From NCBI GenBank assembly GCA_965652295.1, contig CBFGTS010000009.1:133066-197065 (forward strand): a stretch of DNA of 64,000 nt, read 5' to 3'. The DNA comes from an uncultured Haloferula sp. (lineage in GTDB: Bacteria > Verrucomicrobiota > Verrucomicrobiia > Verrucomicrobiales > Akkermansiaceae). Positions 1-9,654 of this stretch are shown here, one piece after another (position 1 is the first letter of the stretch; every line of letters begins with the position of its first letter). A program made the translations under genes and the position numbers. The notes beneath the pieces are model-generated. The model was not told where the DNA came from. It did not search any database and was given only the letters and a program-made list of their open reading frames with translations.

Positions 1-5
1 CGCTT

Positions 6-443
6 TCACTCTCCGATGTCCTCGTTCCACAGGGTCGGCTTCGCCTCGATGAAGCGGGTCATCATTTCCACGCACCCGGCGTCATCCACCACCTCGACGT
101 CCACGCCCCGCGAACGGAGCCACTCTTCCTCACCCATGAAGGTCCGGTTCTCGCCCACGATCACCCGGGGAATCCCGTAGAGCAGGATCGCCCCGCTGCA
201 CATGCTGCACGGCGACAGGGTGGTGTAGATTTCGCACTCCTGATAGACGGAAGCCGGGAGCCTGCCGGCGTTCTCCAAAGCATCCATTTCTCCGTGTAAA
301 ACGACGCTTCCACCCTGGACGCGGCGGTTGTGCCCGCGGCCGATGATTTTCCCTCGGTGGACCAGCACGCTGCCGATCGGGATGCCGCCTTCTTCGAGGC
401 CCAGACGGGCTTCCCGGATCGCCTCTTCAAGAAATCGATGCAT
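6..443 (-). CDS. Zn-dependent cytosine/nucleoside deaminase (Fcy1-like)
   Basis: HGEMDAL and SPCSMC deaminase motifs; ATG at 443 chosen because the longer ORF overlaps the divergent gene. Confidence 0.85.
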   Translation of the reverse strand: MHRFLEEAIREARLGLEEGGIPIGSVLVHRGKIIGRGHNRRVQGGSVVLHGEMDALENAGRLPASVYQECEIYTTLSPCSMCSGAILLYGIPRVIVGENRTFMGEEEWLRSRGVDVEVVDDAGCVEMMTRFIEAKPTLWNEDIGE

Positions 444-522
444 TTCACCGGGAGTGTCGCTATAATGAAGCAACGCGCCAGCCGATTCCCCTGCTGGCCC
501 AGTGAATCCAAGAACGAAACCC

Positions 523-1599
523 ATGGCAAAAGTCCGCCTCTCAGGCACGGTCACCGGTGCCGACGATCCTCATCGCTCGATACGCGCCAAACTTCTCTAC
601 CTGCTCTACGACGCCGGCTGGGACATCTACAACTCCAACGGCGATCAACGCATCACCCTCGCCAACATCGAGCGCAAGATTGCGGAAGCCGACGGGTTTG
701 TTTTCACCCCGGGCGCCAGCCTTGAGGACATGTTCAAAGCGGTCTCCGTCTTCGTCGGCTATCAGACGATCGACAAGCACCTCGCCGGAAAGCCCACCGT
801 CATCCTCAACAGCGACCGCTCCTGGGACCCCTTCTACGGCGTGCTCTCCCATCTTCACAAGCTCGGCACCATCAAGCAGGAGTTCCGCGAGTTCCTGCTT
901 TCCGCCGACACTCCGGAAAGCGTGCTTTCGACCCTCGCCGGTGCCTGGCAGACGGGCGTGCCCGACGCCGGTCGCGAGAAAATCGGCGAGGCGGTGATGC
1001 CCGACGTCATCGATGCGCCGCCACCGTCCCACCTCCTTGGAAACGTTTGCGTCTTCTGCTCCGCCACCCTTGAGGAAGCTTCGTATTTGAATGATGGCGA
1101 ACGCCTCGGGCGAACCATCGCGGAAAGCGGCTTCGGCTGCGTTTCCGGGGCCGGCAAGTCCGGCATCATGGGCGCGGTGGTCAAGGGGGCGGTCGAGGCG
1201 GGCGGCTGGACCGGCGGCTCGAATGTTCCGCACATCATCGAGCTGGAAGGCTTGCCGGAAGGGCTTGCCTCGTTCTGGCTCCGACCGGACATCTACACCC
1301 GGATGGAGGTCATGATCCAGCACTCCGACGCCTTCGTCATCATGCCCGGCGGCGCGGGAACCTTCCAGGAGCTGCTCGCCCTGATGATTTTCCGCCAGCA
1401 GGGAAACGAGCTGATGAAAGACAAACCCGTCGTCATCTACAACCGCCAGAACCACGGCGGCATCGGCTTCTGGGATCCGCTCATCGACCTCCTCGACGGC
1501 GTGTGCAAGCCCGGCGAATTCGTCGTCGCGAACCAATTCGACGACATCCTTCCCGCCATCCAAACACGTCTTCCGCAGGCCGTTTCTAAAGCTTCCTGA
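523..1599 (+). CDS. LOG-family phosphoribohydrolase with an extra degenerate N-terminal LOG-like domain
   Basis: C-terminal VCVFCSA, SGAGKSGIMG and PGGAGTFQEL motifs; N-terminal half echoes these motifs. Confidence 0.8.
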   Translation: MAKVRLSGTVTGADDPHRSIRAKLLYLLYDAGWDIYNSNGDQRITLANIERKIAEADGFVFTPGASLEDMFKAVSVFVGYQTIDKHLAGKPTVILNSDRSWDPFYGVLSHLHKLGTIKQEFREFLLSADTPESVLSTLAGAWQTGVPDAGREKIGEAVMPDVIDAPPPSHLLGNVCVFCSATLEEASYLNDGERLGRTIAESGFGCVSGAGKSGIMGAVVKGAVEAGGWTGGSNVPHIIELEGLPEGLASFWLRPDIYTRMEVMIQHSDAFVIMPGGAGTFQELLALMIFRQQGNELMKDKPVVIYNRQNHGGIGFWDPLIDLLDGVCKPGEFVVANQFDDILPAIQTRLPQAVSKAS

Positions 1600-1633
1600 T
1601 CGCGACCGCCGTGGGCTCCCGGCGCGGCGGCGC

Positions 1634-2800
1634 TCACCCGGCGATTTTGGCCGCCGTCAACAAGGCACCGCCCATAAAGACCGCCGCCGCCAGCAGCCCG
1701 CCGATCCGGTCGGGCAAGGTCGTCTGCGGCCGGCTGGCCGAGGCCGACGAGGGAAACACGCCGAACGCGTAGGCCATGCCCAGCACCAATCCACCCCCGT
1801 GGGCGGCGTTGTCGATGAAACGGAAGCCGATGATTCCGATCACGGCCGTCAGGACCAAACCCGCGATGAGCCGTCGCCGCGAACTCTCCGGCACCAGCCG
1901 GCGGTGCAACCACTCGAACACCAACAGGAAGCCGAGCATCCCCATCAACCCGCCCGAGGCGCCGAGCGAGGGCGCACCGACCCACCGAGCCGAGCATTCA
2001 CCCCCGACCCAGGCCGAGAGGACGAAAACCAGAAGCACGTGCGGCCAGCGCGCCAGCACCTCCATTCGCCGTCCGAGGTAAAGCAACGCCGACCCATTGA
2101 AAAGAAGGTGCAGCGGGTGGCCGTGCAGGAAGGGAGCCGTCGCCAGCCGCCACCAGTCTTCGGGGCGACCGTTCATTTTGGTAAGCCCCGCCACCTGGAC
2201 CTGCTGCGCGAGGTTGAGCGGCCCCAGCCACTGGAGCAGGGCGATGCCACCGATCACGCCCATCATCGCCTTCGTTACGGGTGCTTTCTGGGCCAGCAGC
2301 CAGGTTTCGAAACGAAGGCCCTCGAGATCCGGCAAGCCTTCTTCCGCCCGCCACGCGATCGCCCGCCGGAGCCGTTTTTTGCCCCGATACCACGGAAAAA
2401 AACCGAGCATCAGGAACAGGATCAGCGCGAGACCCAGCGTGCTTATCGCCGATGCCGCCCCCCCCGTGAGGAAGGCGAAAAGTGCGAAACCGGCCATGAA
2501 GAGGCCGAAGATCCTCATCTGGCTCACCCCTTCCCGAATCTCCCACTGCGCCCACCGGACCCGCGCTTCCTTGAGTGCGGGCAGCAGCGGGGGGATCTCC
2601 TCGGGCAACACCAGATGCCCATGATCCGGCGTCCAGACCATATCGACGCTCGCGCCGGCGTCATCGACGATCGCCGCGGCGAGTTCATCGGCTCCAGCGC
2701 AGGCGTGGTGCCGGCCTTTGCGATCGACCCAGCCCCAGCCGGGTTCCGCGGGCGGAAAAGCGTCCGGGCGTTTCCAGGCAGGGAGATCGAGATCGGACAT
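1634..2800 (-). CDS. Rhomboid-family intramembrane serine protease
   Basis: WWRLATAPFLH, HLLFN, GASGG and AHGGG motifs with multiple TM segments. Confidence 0.85.
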   Translation of the reverse strand: MSDLDLPAWKRPDAFPPAEPGWGWVDRKGRHHACAGADELAAAIVDDAGASVDMVWTPDHGHLVLPEEIPPLLPALKEARVRWAQWEIREGVSQMRIFGLFMAGFALFAFLTGGAASAISTLGLALILFLMLGFFPWYRGKKRLRRAIAWRAEEGLPDLEGLRFETWLLAQKAPVTKAMMGVIGGIALLQWLGPLNLAQQVQVAGLTKMNGRPEDWWRLATAPFLHGHPLHLLFNGSALLYLGRRMEVLARWPHVLLVFVLSAWVGGECSARWVGAPSLGASGGLMGMLGFLLVFEWLHRRLVPESSRRRLIAGLVLTAVIGIIGFRFIDNAAHGGGLVLGMAYAFGVFPSSASASRPQTTLPDRIGGLLAAAVFMGGALLTAAKIAG

Positions 2801-2860
2801 GACGCCAGTGAAAGCGCCGTAAGCGGCGATGTCCGCGTAAACTTGTCGGCGGCGGTGAAA

Positions 2861-3415
2861 TTACGGCTGCTCAGGCTCGGCCGCGTCGCCCTCTTCGGCA
2901 GGAGCCGGCTCTTCCGCGGGAGCTTCTTCCACCGGTGCCGAGGTTTCGGTCGCCTCCTCAGCAGCGGGAGTTTCTTCGGCTGCGGGAGTTTCCTCAACCG
3001 CCGGAGTTTCCTCGGCTGCGGGTGCTTCCTCAGCGGCCGGCGTTTCCACCGGGATCGATTCCTCGAGAGGCGGCACGGTTTCCTCCGCCGCGGGCGTGTC
3101 CACCTGCTCTTCGGCAGGGGGTGCCGGCTCGGCCACCAGCGAGATCTCGCGGGCCGTGCGGCGCGAGTAGAGGATCGCCAGCGTCAGGGTGAGGACGAAG
3201 AACAGCGTGGCAAGATAGACGGTCGCCTTCTGCAGCACGTTGGTCGTGCGCGCGCCGAACATCTGGTCGGTCATGCCGGAGCCGAAGGCCGCGCCAAGTC
3301 CTTCCTGCTTCGGCCGTTGCATCAAAACAACCAGGGCCAGCAGAAGGCAGACGATCACGAAAACAACCAACAGGAGGTTGATGCTGATGGAGAGCCAGTC
3401 GGCAGCGAGGATCAT
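2861..3415 (-). CDS. secG: Preprotein translocase subunit SecG with long acidic C-tail
   Basis: Two TM helices around VLMQRPKQEGLGAAFGSG...FGARTTNVLQKAT; E/P/A-rich repeat tail. Confidence 0.85.
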   Translation of the reverse strand: MILAADWLSISINLLLVVFVIVCLLLALVVLMQRPKQEGLGAAFGSGMTDQMFGARTTNVLQKATVYLATLFFVLTLTLAILYSRRTAREISLVAEPAPPAEEQVDTPAAEETVPPLEESIPVETPAAEEAPAAEETPAVEETPAAEETPAAEEATETSAPVEEAPAEEPAPAEEGDAAEPEQP

Positions 3416-3485
3416 GGGGGCGGGAACCTGTCAGAGCCCGTGGGCGATGTAAAGAGGGGTTTTGCCCGGGAAAAACAGCCGGTTT

Positions 3486-4799
3486 TCACCCCGCTCGGGA
3501 GGCTTCCGTAGGCGGATGGACGATGATCCGCGCTCCCGGCTGATTGCGCATGTAGGCGAACGACCAACCCAGCAGCACCACCAGTTTGTTGCGGAAACCG
3601 ATGAGAAAAAGGATGTGCACCAACAGCCATGCCATCCACGCGGGGAAGCCCTTCAGGCGGAGCTTGCCGGACTTCACCACCGCGGCGTTCTTGCCGATGA
3701 TGGCCATCAGGCCCTTGTCGCGATAACGGAACTTCGGACGCAGGTCGTAGCGGGCTTCGTCGAACTTGTCGTCGCGGGACTTCAAGTCATCGCGCAGCAC
3801 CTTGGCCACATGCTCGCCCATCTGGACGGCGGCGGGGGCCACGCCGGGGACCGGCTTCCCCTCGGTGTCGGTCATCCGCACGAGGTCACCGATCACGAAC
3901 ACGTCCGGATTTCCCGGCAGGGAGAGATCCGGTTCGGGGGTCACCCGGCCGGCGCGATCGGCCAACTCCACGCCGAGCTGCCGGGTCAGCGGATGAGCCT
4001 CGACTCCCGCCGCCCAGATGACCGCCCCTGCTTCCAAGCTGCCGCCATCGCTGAAACCCAGCCGACCCGCCGCCACCTCCGCCACGCGGGTACCGGTCAA
4101 CACCTCCACACCCAGCGATTCCAGACGCTGCCGAGCGTACTCGCTCTGATCCGGGTCGTAGGCCTCAAGAATACGCTCGGAGTTTTCGATCAACAGAACC
4201 CGCAGCTTCGAGGTGTCGATGTGGCGGAATTCGTCCTTCATCGAGCGATGGATCAAGTCGGCGAAGGCGCCGGCCAGCTCGACCCCCGTCGGCCCGCCAC
4301 CGACGATCGCCACCGTCATCAGGATCCGCCTCTCCGCCACGTCGTCGGTCCGTTCCGCGCGCTCCAGATTCGACAGCACCCGACGCCTTACGCCCTGCGC
4401 GTCCTCCAGCGTTTTCAGGCCGAGCATGTGCTTCTCCCAATCCGCGTTGCCGAAAAACGAGGTCCGCGCCCCCACCGCCAGCACCAGCGTGTCCCAGCCA
4501 TACTCCTTTCCCGAACGTCCGATCGCCCGTCGCCCGGGCATGTCGAGCGTGTCGATCTCGTCCATCAGCACCTGGACATTGCGCGCTTTCTCCAGCACCT
4601 GGCGGATCGACCGCGCAATGTCCGGTGCCGCCAGCGAGGCGGTGGCCACCTGATAGAGCAGCGGCTGGAAAAGGTGGTGGTTGGCACGATCGACCAGCGT
4701 CACCTGAAAGCGCTCGTCATTTGCCAGCTCGCGCGCGCACGTCAGGCCACCGAAGCCGCCGCCGATCACCAACACCTTGCGGGGAGTCATCTCTGCCAT
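3486..4799 (-). CDS. ndh: Type II NADH:quinone oxidoreductase
   Basis: VIGGGFGG, HLFQPLLYQVATA, VGGGPTGVELAG and VIGD motifs; start at 4799 or 4790. Confidence 0.9.
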   Translation of the reverse strand: MAEMTPRKVLVIGGGFGGLTCARELANDERFQVTLVDRANHHLFQPLLYQVATASLAAPDIARSIRQVLEKARNVQVLMDEIDTLDMPGRRAIGRSGKEYGWDTLVLAVGARTSFFGNADWEKHMLGLKTLEDAQGVRRRVLSNLERAERTDDVAERRILMTVAIVGGGPTGVELAGAFADLIHRSMKDEFRHIDTSKLRVLLIENSERILEAYDPDQSEYARQRLESLGVEVLTGTRVAEVAAGRLGFSDGGSLEAGAVIWAAGVEAHPLTRQLGVELADRAGRVTPEPDLSLPGNPDVFVIGDLVRMTDTEGKPVPGVAPAAVQMGEHVAKVLRDDLKSRDDKFDEARYDLRPKFRYRDKGLMAIIGKNAAVVKSGKLRLKGFPAWMAWLLVHILFLIGFRNKLVVLLGWSFAYMRNQPGARIIVHPPTEASRAG

Positions 4800-4905
4800 G
4801 AGCCCAACATCCCGACGGATCCCGTTCCCGCAAGCGCCGTCTGGCCTCGCCCGGCCCATGATCCGCCTTGTCCGCCGAATACGGAACCGCTCATAGTTCG
4901 CCCAC

Positions 4906-5832
4906 ATGCCAGCTCCCGCCCTCCGCCGCCTGCTCGACGAGATCGGCACTGTCGACGCCACCGGCGTCGAGGAACGCGTCGCGAAATACGCCACCCGCTC
5001 GATCAAGAAGCAGTCGAAGGTCTTCGGCCTCAAACTCGCCGTGAGCATGGTCGATCTCACCACCCTTGAAGGCAAGGACACGCCCGGCAAGGTCGCCTCG
5101 CTCTGCCAGAAAGCGCTCCGTCCGCACCCCCAGGGAGATGTCCCGCGGGTCGCCGCCGTCTGCGTTTACCCCTCGATGGTCAAACACGCCGCCAGGCACG
5201 TCAAAGACTCCGGCGTCCGCATTGCCAGCGTCGCCACCGCCTTCCCCTCCGGCCAGGCACCTTTGAAAACCCGGCTCGCGGAAGTCCGGCAGGCCGTCGC
5301 CGACGGAGCCGATGAGATCGATATGGTCATCAACCGGGGCGCGTTCCTCAGCGGCGGCTTCGCCGAAATGCAGGACGAGATCGCCGCCGTCTCCGAAGCC
5401 CGCGGCGACGCCACCCTCAAGGTCATCCTCGAAACCTCCGAGCTGGAAACCTACGACAACATCCGCGCCGCCAGCTTCCTCGCCATGCGCGTCCTGCGCC
5501 CCGGCGACTTCATCAAGACCAGCACCGGCAAGACCTCCGCCAACGCCACCCTCGGCAACAACCAGGTGATGCTCGATGCCATCCGCGACCATTACCTCGA
5601 GACCGGCATCGAAATCGCGATGAAGCCCGCCGGCGGCATCAAGACCGCCAAACAGGCCCTCCAGTTCCTCATCTCCGTCAAGGAAACCCTCGGCGACGCC
5701 TGGCTCAACAACACCCGCTACCGATTCGGCGCCTCCTCCCTCCTCAACGACCTCCTCCGCCAACTCGAAACCCAGCGCACCGGCGCCTACCAGGCCCCCT
5801 GGACCTTCACCGAAGACGCCGGCGGATACTGA
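4906..5832 (+). CDS. deoC: Deoxyribose-phosphate aldolase
   Basis: DLTTL, GADEIDMVI, LKVILET, DFIKTSTGK, KPAGGI and RFGASSLL motifs. Confidence 0.95.
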   Translation: MPAPALRRLLDEIGTVDATGVEERVAKYATRSIKKQSKVFGLKLAVSMVDLTTLEGKDTPGKVASLCQKALRPHPQGDVPRVAAVCVYPSMVKHAARHVKDSGVRIASVATAFPSGQAPLKTRLAEVRQAVADGADEIDMVINRGAFLSGGFAEMQDEIAAVSEARGDATLKVILETSELETYDNIRAASFLAMRVLRPGDFIKTSTGKTSANATLGNNQVMLDAIRDHYLETGIEIAMKPAGGIKTAKQALQFLISVKETLGDAWLNNTRYRFGASSLLNDLLRQLETQRTGAYQAPWTFTEDAGGY

Positions 5833-5873
5833 CTCCACTTTCCACTTTTTACTTTCCACTCGGCACCAATCCC

Positions 5874-7367
5874 ATGCCCGCCAAGAAAAGCACCGCCCCG
5901 AAATCCCGCACCAAGGTCCGCGAGCTGATGTTCGGCGACCTCTGGGAATTCGATCCCGCGCCCGAGTCCGCACCCGCGTTCATCGATGATCGCTACCAGC
6001 TCTTCATCGGCGGCAAACACGTCACGCCGAAATCCAAAAGGCACTTCGATTCCATTTCCCCGCGCGATGGCAAAAAGCTCGCCGAGATCCCCCACGCCAA
6101 CGCCGTCGACGTCGATGCCGCCTACGCCGCCGCGAAGAAAGCCTTCGGCCCATGGTCCAAACTCCCCGGTGCCGAGCGCGGCAAATACCTCTTCCGCATC
6201 GCCCGCCTGCTCCAGGACCGTTCGCGCGAGTTCGCCGTCGCCGAAACCCTCGATGGCGGAAAGCCCATCAAGGAATCGCGCGACTTCGACCTGCCGATGG
6301 CCGCCGCCCACTTCTTCTACCACGCCGGCTGGGCCGATAAACTCGACTATGTCGCCCCCGGCCGCACGCTCGCGCCGCTCGGTGTCGTCGGCCAGGTCAT
6401 CCCGTGGAATTTCCCGCTCCTCATGCTCGCGTGGAAAATCGCCCCCGCGCTTGCTACGGGAAACACAGTGGTCATCAAACCCGCCGAAACCACCTCCATC
6501 ACCGCGCTCAAGTTCGCGACATTGTTAGAGCAGGCCGGTCTGCCGCCCGGGGTCGTCAACATCGTGACCGGGGCGGGCGAAACCGGGGCCGCAGTCGTCA
6601 ACCACCCCGACGCCGCCAAGATCGCTTTCACCGGCTCGACTGAGGTCGGAAAGATCATCCAGTGCGCTCTCGCCGGCAGCGGGAAAAAGCTCACCCTCGA
6701 ACTCGGTGGCAAGGCCGCCAACATCGTCTTCGACGACGCCCCGCTCGACCAGGCCGTCGAGGGCATCGTCAACGGCATCTTCTTCAACCAAGGCCACGTC
6801 TGCTGCGCCGGCTCCCGCCTGCTCGTCCAGGAAGGCATCGAGCGCGAACTCATCGCCCGCCTCAAACGCCGTCTCGCCACCCTCCGCGTCGGCGATCCCA
6901 TGGACAAGAACACCGACATCGGTGCCATCCATTCCAAGGAGCAGCTCGACCGCATCCGCGGGCTCGTTCAAAGCGGCATCGACGAAGGCGCACAAATCCA
7001 CCAACCCGCCTGCAAGCTCCCGGACAGCGGCTTCTATTTCCCGCCGACTCTCTTCACCGGTGTCGCCCAGAGCCACCGCATCGCACAGGAGGAGATCTTC
7101 GGTCCCGTCCTTTCCATCCTCACCTTCCGCACGCCCGAGGAAGCCATCGAAAAGGCCAACAACACCTGCTACGGCCTCAGCGCCGGCGTCTGGACCGACA
7201 AAGGCAGCAAGATCCTCAAGATGGCCGCCGCCCTCAAAGCCGGCGTCGTCTGGGCCAACACCTACAACAAGTTCGACCCCTCCAGTCCCTTCGGCGGCTA
7301 CAAGCAATCCGGCTTCGGCCGCGAAGGCGGCAAGCACGGCCTTCTCGATTACTCTCAACTGAAATAG
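5874..7367 (+). CDS. Aldehyde dehydrogenase, catalytic (probably acetaldehyde from DeoC)
   Basis: PWNFP, FTGST, LELGGK, catalytic GHVCCAGSR, EEIFGPV and PFGGYKQSG. Confidence 0.92.
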   Translation: MPAKKSTAPKSRTKVRELMFGDLWEFDPAPESAPAFIDDRYQLFIGGKHVTPKSKRHFDSISPRDGKKLAEIPHANAVDVDAAYAAAKKAFGPWSKLPGAERGKYLFRIARLLQDRSREFAVAETLDGGKPIKESRDFDLPMAAAHFFYHAGWADKLDYVAPGRTLAPLGVVGQVIPWNFPLLMLAWKIAPALATGNTVVIKPAETTSITALKFATLLEQAGLPPGVVNIVTGAGETGAAVVNHPDAAKIAFTGSTEVGKIIQCALAGSGKKLTLELGGKAANIVFDDAPLDQAVEGIVNGIFFNQGHVCCAGSRLLVQEGIERELIARLKRRLATLRVGDPMDKNTDIGAIHSKEQLDRIRGLVQSGIDEGAQIHQPACKLPDSGFYFPPTLFTGVAQSHRIAQEEIFGPVLSILTFRTPEEAIEKANNTCYGLSAGVWTDKGSKILKMAAALKAGVVWANTYNKFDPSSPFGGYKQSGFGREGGKHGLLDYSQLK

Positions 7368-7390
7368 GTCCTATAGGACCCATACGACCT

Positions 7391-8254
7391 ATGTCTTTGC
7401 AAATCACCAAAACCCCGAAATGCTACGTCGGTGGCGCCTTCATCCGCTCCGAATCCGGCCGCGTCTACGAGATCCATAGTATCTCCGGCGGGTTCCTCGC
7501 GAACATCCCGCTCTGCTCGCGCAAGGACCTCCGCAACGCTGTCGAAGCCGCCGCCAAGAGCGGCCCCGGCTGGTCCAAACGCTCGCCCTACAACCGCGCC
7601 CAGATCCTCTACCGCCTCGCCGAGATGCTCGAATCCCGCGCTGACGAGATGGCGGAAGCCCTCGGGGAGCGCCGGCGTCCCGCGGGCCGTCCGTCGGCCG
7701 CAGCCGAAGTCCGCGCCACCATCGACCGCATCGTCCACTTCGCCGGCTGGGCCGACAAATACGAGCAGGTCCTCGGCAGCGTGAACCCCGTCGCGTCGTC
7801 GCACTTCAATTTCACCCTCACCGAGCCCATGGGCATCGTCGGCATCCTCGCGCCCGAGGATACACCGCTGCTCGCACTGATGACCCTCGTCCTCCCGGCC
7901 ATCGTCTCGGGCAACACGGTCGTCGCCCTCGCCTCGAAGTCGCAGCCCTACGCCAGCATCCTGCTCGGCGAAATGCTCGCCGTCTCCGATCTGCCCGGCG
8001 GCGTCATCAACCTTCTCACCGGCGACCGCTCCGAGCTGCTCCCCACCTTCGCCACCCACGAACACCTCCGTGCCCTCGCAGCGACCGCCACCCGGGACGA
8101 GGCGACCCTTCTCCAACAAGGCGCCGCCGAGTCCGTGAAACGCGTCGTCCTTCACGACCCGGAGACCGACTGGACCTCCGCCACCCACGATTCACCCTAC
8201 TCCATCCGCGATTTCACCGAGGCGAAAACCGTCTGGCATCCCGTCGGCACGTGA
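7391..8254 (+). CDS. Truncated ALDH-like protein (Rossmann part only, no catalytic domain)
   Basis: YVGGAFIRSESGR, FAGWADKY, EPMGIVGI, SGNTVV, LPGGVINLLTG; lacks ELGGK and the catalytic Cys. Confidence 0.8.
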   Translation: MSLQITKTPKCYVGGAFIRSESGRVYEIHSISGGFLANIPLCSRKDLRNAVEAAAKSGPGWSKRSPYNRAQILYRLAEMLESRADEMAEALGERRRPAGRPSAAAEVRATIDRIVHFAGWADKYEQVLGSVNPVASSHFNFTLTEPMGIVGILAPEDTPLLALMTLVLPAIVSGNTVVALASKSQPYASILLGEMLAVSDLPGGVINLLTGDRSELLPTFATHEHLRALAATATRDEATLLQQGAAESVKRVVLHDPETDWTSATHDSPYSIRDFTEAKTVWHPVGT

Positions 8255-8347
8255 GGACACAGGAGCGGGACGTGGAAAACATCGCGGAATCATGCGGCAG
8301 GAAACTTCCCGGTTTCCTCCCGCAAAATCCCGGTTATCTCTATCGCG

Positions 8348-9427
8348 ATGGTCCGCTCCGCCCTATCTCTCTTCCTGATCCCCGCACTGGCGGTGGGGGA
8401 TGATTTCTTTTCCACCCTCGATGCCGATGGCAACGGGCGGATCGGCCCCTCCGAGCTTCCGAAGGAAGCCGCTCCTTTCCTCGGACTGGTGGACACCGAT
8501 GGCGATGGCTCGCTTTCCAAAAGCGAGTTCGAACGCGTCGCCGCCACCCTCCGCACGATGGTCCCGCAGGAAGCTGCGGAAGCCTCGGAGACTCGCAACG
8601 TCGACTACGTCGGAGCCGGCCACCCGCGACAGACCCTCGACCTCTATTTTCCCGAAAAGACGTCCGCGGCGGCGCTGCCGCTGGTTGTTTACATCCACGG
8701 CGGCGGCTGGATGTCCGGGACGAAACAGGAAGGCCGCCCGGTCGCCGACGCCCTGACCGCCACCGGCGAATACGCCGTGGCATCGATCAACTACCGCCTC
8801 ATTCAGGACGCGCTGTGGCCAGCGCAGATCCACGACTGCAAGGCCGCCATCCGCTTCCTGCGGGCGAATGCGGGGAGATACGGAATCGAGCCCGAGCGCA
8901 TCGCCGTGATGGGCATCTCCGCCGGCGGTCACCTCGCGGCGCTGCTCGGCACCACCATCGGCGAGGAGCAGGTCGAAGGAACGCTCGGAGCCTTTCGCAA
9001 TACCTCCAGCAAGGTGAGCGCGGTGATCGACATCTTCGGGCCTGCCAATTTCGAAACCTTCTTCGGAAAGGGCAGCGACATCGTCGAAATGAGCCGGACG
9101 AACGCCGCGATCCGTTTGCTTGGCCTGAGCGATGAAGTCATCCGGCGAAACGCGCGGCTGGCCTCGCCCGCGCATTGGATTTCGGAGAACGACCCTCCTT
9201 TCCTCATCGTCCATGGCACCCGCGATCAGGTGGTGCCCTTCGCCCAATCCGAAGAGCTGCACGGTGAACTCACAGCAGCCGGAGTCGAGAGCCACTTCAT
9301 CACGGTGGAGGGCGGCGGCCACGGCTTCACCAGCAGCGACCTGAATCGCCGTATCAAGGTCTTTCTCGACCGCCACCTCCACGATGGAGCGGCCCAGGTA
9401 TCGACCTCGCCGATCCGGCTGCGGTGA
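8348..9427 (+). CDS. Secreted alpha/beta hydrolase (HSL-like esterase) with N-terminal EF-hands
   Basis: Signal peptide, DADGNG and DTDGDG EF loops, HGGGW, GISAGG nucleophile elbow, HGTRD, GGGHG. Confidence 0.85.
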   Translation: MVRSALSLFLIPALAVGDDFFSTLDADGNGRIGPSELPKEAAPFLGLVDTDGDGSLSKSEFERVAATLRTMVPQEAAEASETRNVDYVGAGHPRQTLDLYFPEKTSAAALPLVVYIHGGGWMSGTKQEGRPVADALTATGEYAVASINYRLIQDALWPAQIHDCKAAIRFLRANAGRYGIEPERIAVMGISAGGHLAALLGTTIGEEQVEGTLGAFRNTSSKVSAVIDIFGPANFETFFGKGSDIVEMSRTNAAIRLLGLSDEVIRRNARLASPAHWISENDPPFLIVHGTRDQVVPFAQSEELHGELTAAGVESHFITVEGGGHGFTSSDLNRRIKVFLDRHLHDGAAQVSTSPIRLR

Positions 9428-9654
9428 CCTCTCCGGGCGGTGCCCGTCGTTGATTCAAGCCATTCACGTTGCAGCGCCCAACCCCTTCAGCGCGTCAACA
9501 AGAATGGTTTCCCGGTAATTTCTGGCTGGCCAGCCGACGTGGGGAGGCTTTCCTACTCGGTTACCCAAGATCGAGCTACTGACACATTTCGCGCAGCGAT
9601 CCACTGCAAGAGCGTTTCGCGGTGTCCAGTAGTTCACCCGTCCAACCCAAGATC

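Noticed and set aside
6662..7390. N-terminal extension of the second ALDH ORF, or a frameshifted ALDH fusion
   Set aside because: The extension is Arg-rich off-frame sequence. The first ALDH has a normal C-terminus and the second a clean ATG at 7391; no slippery site seen.
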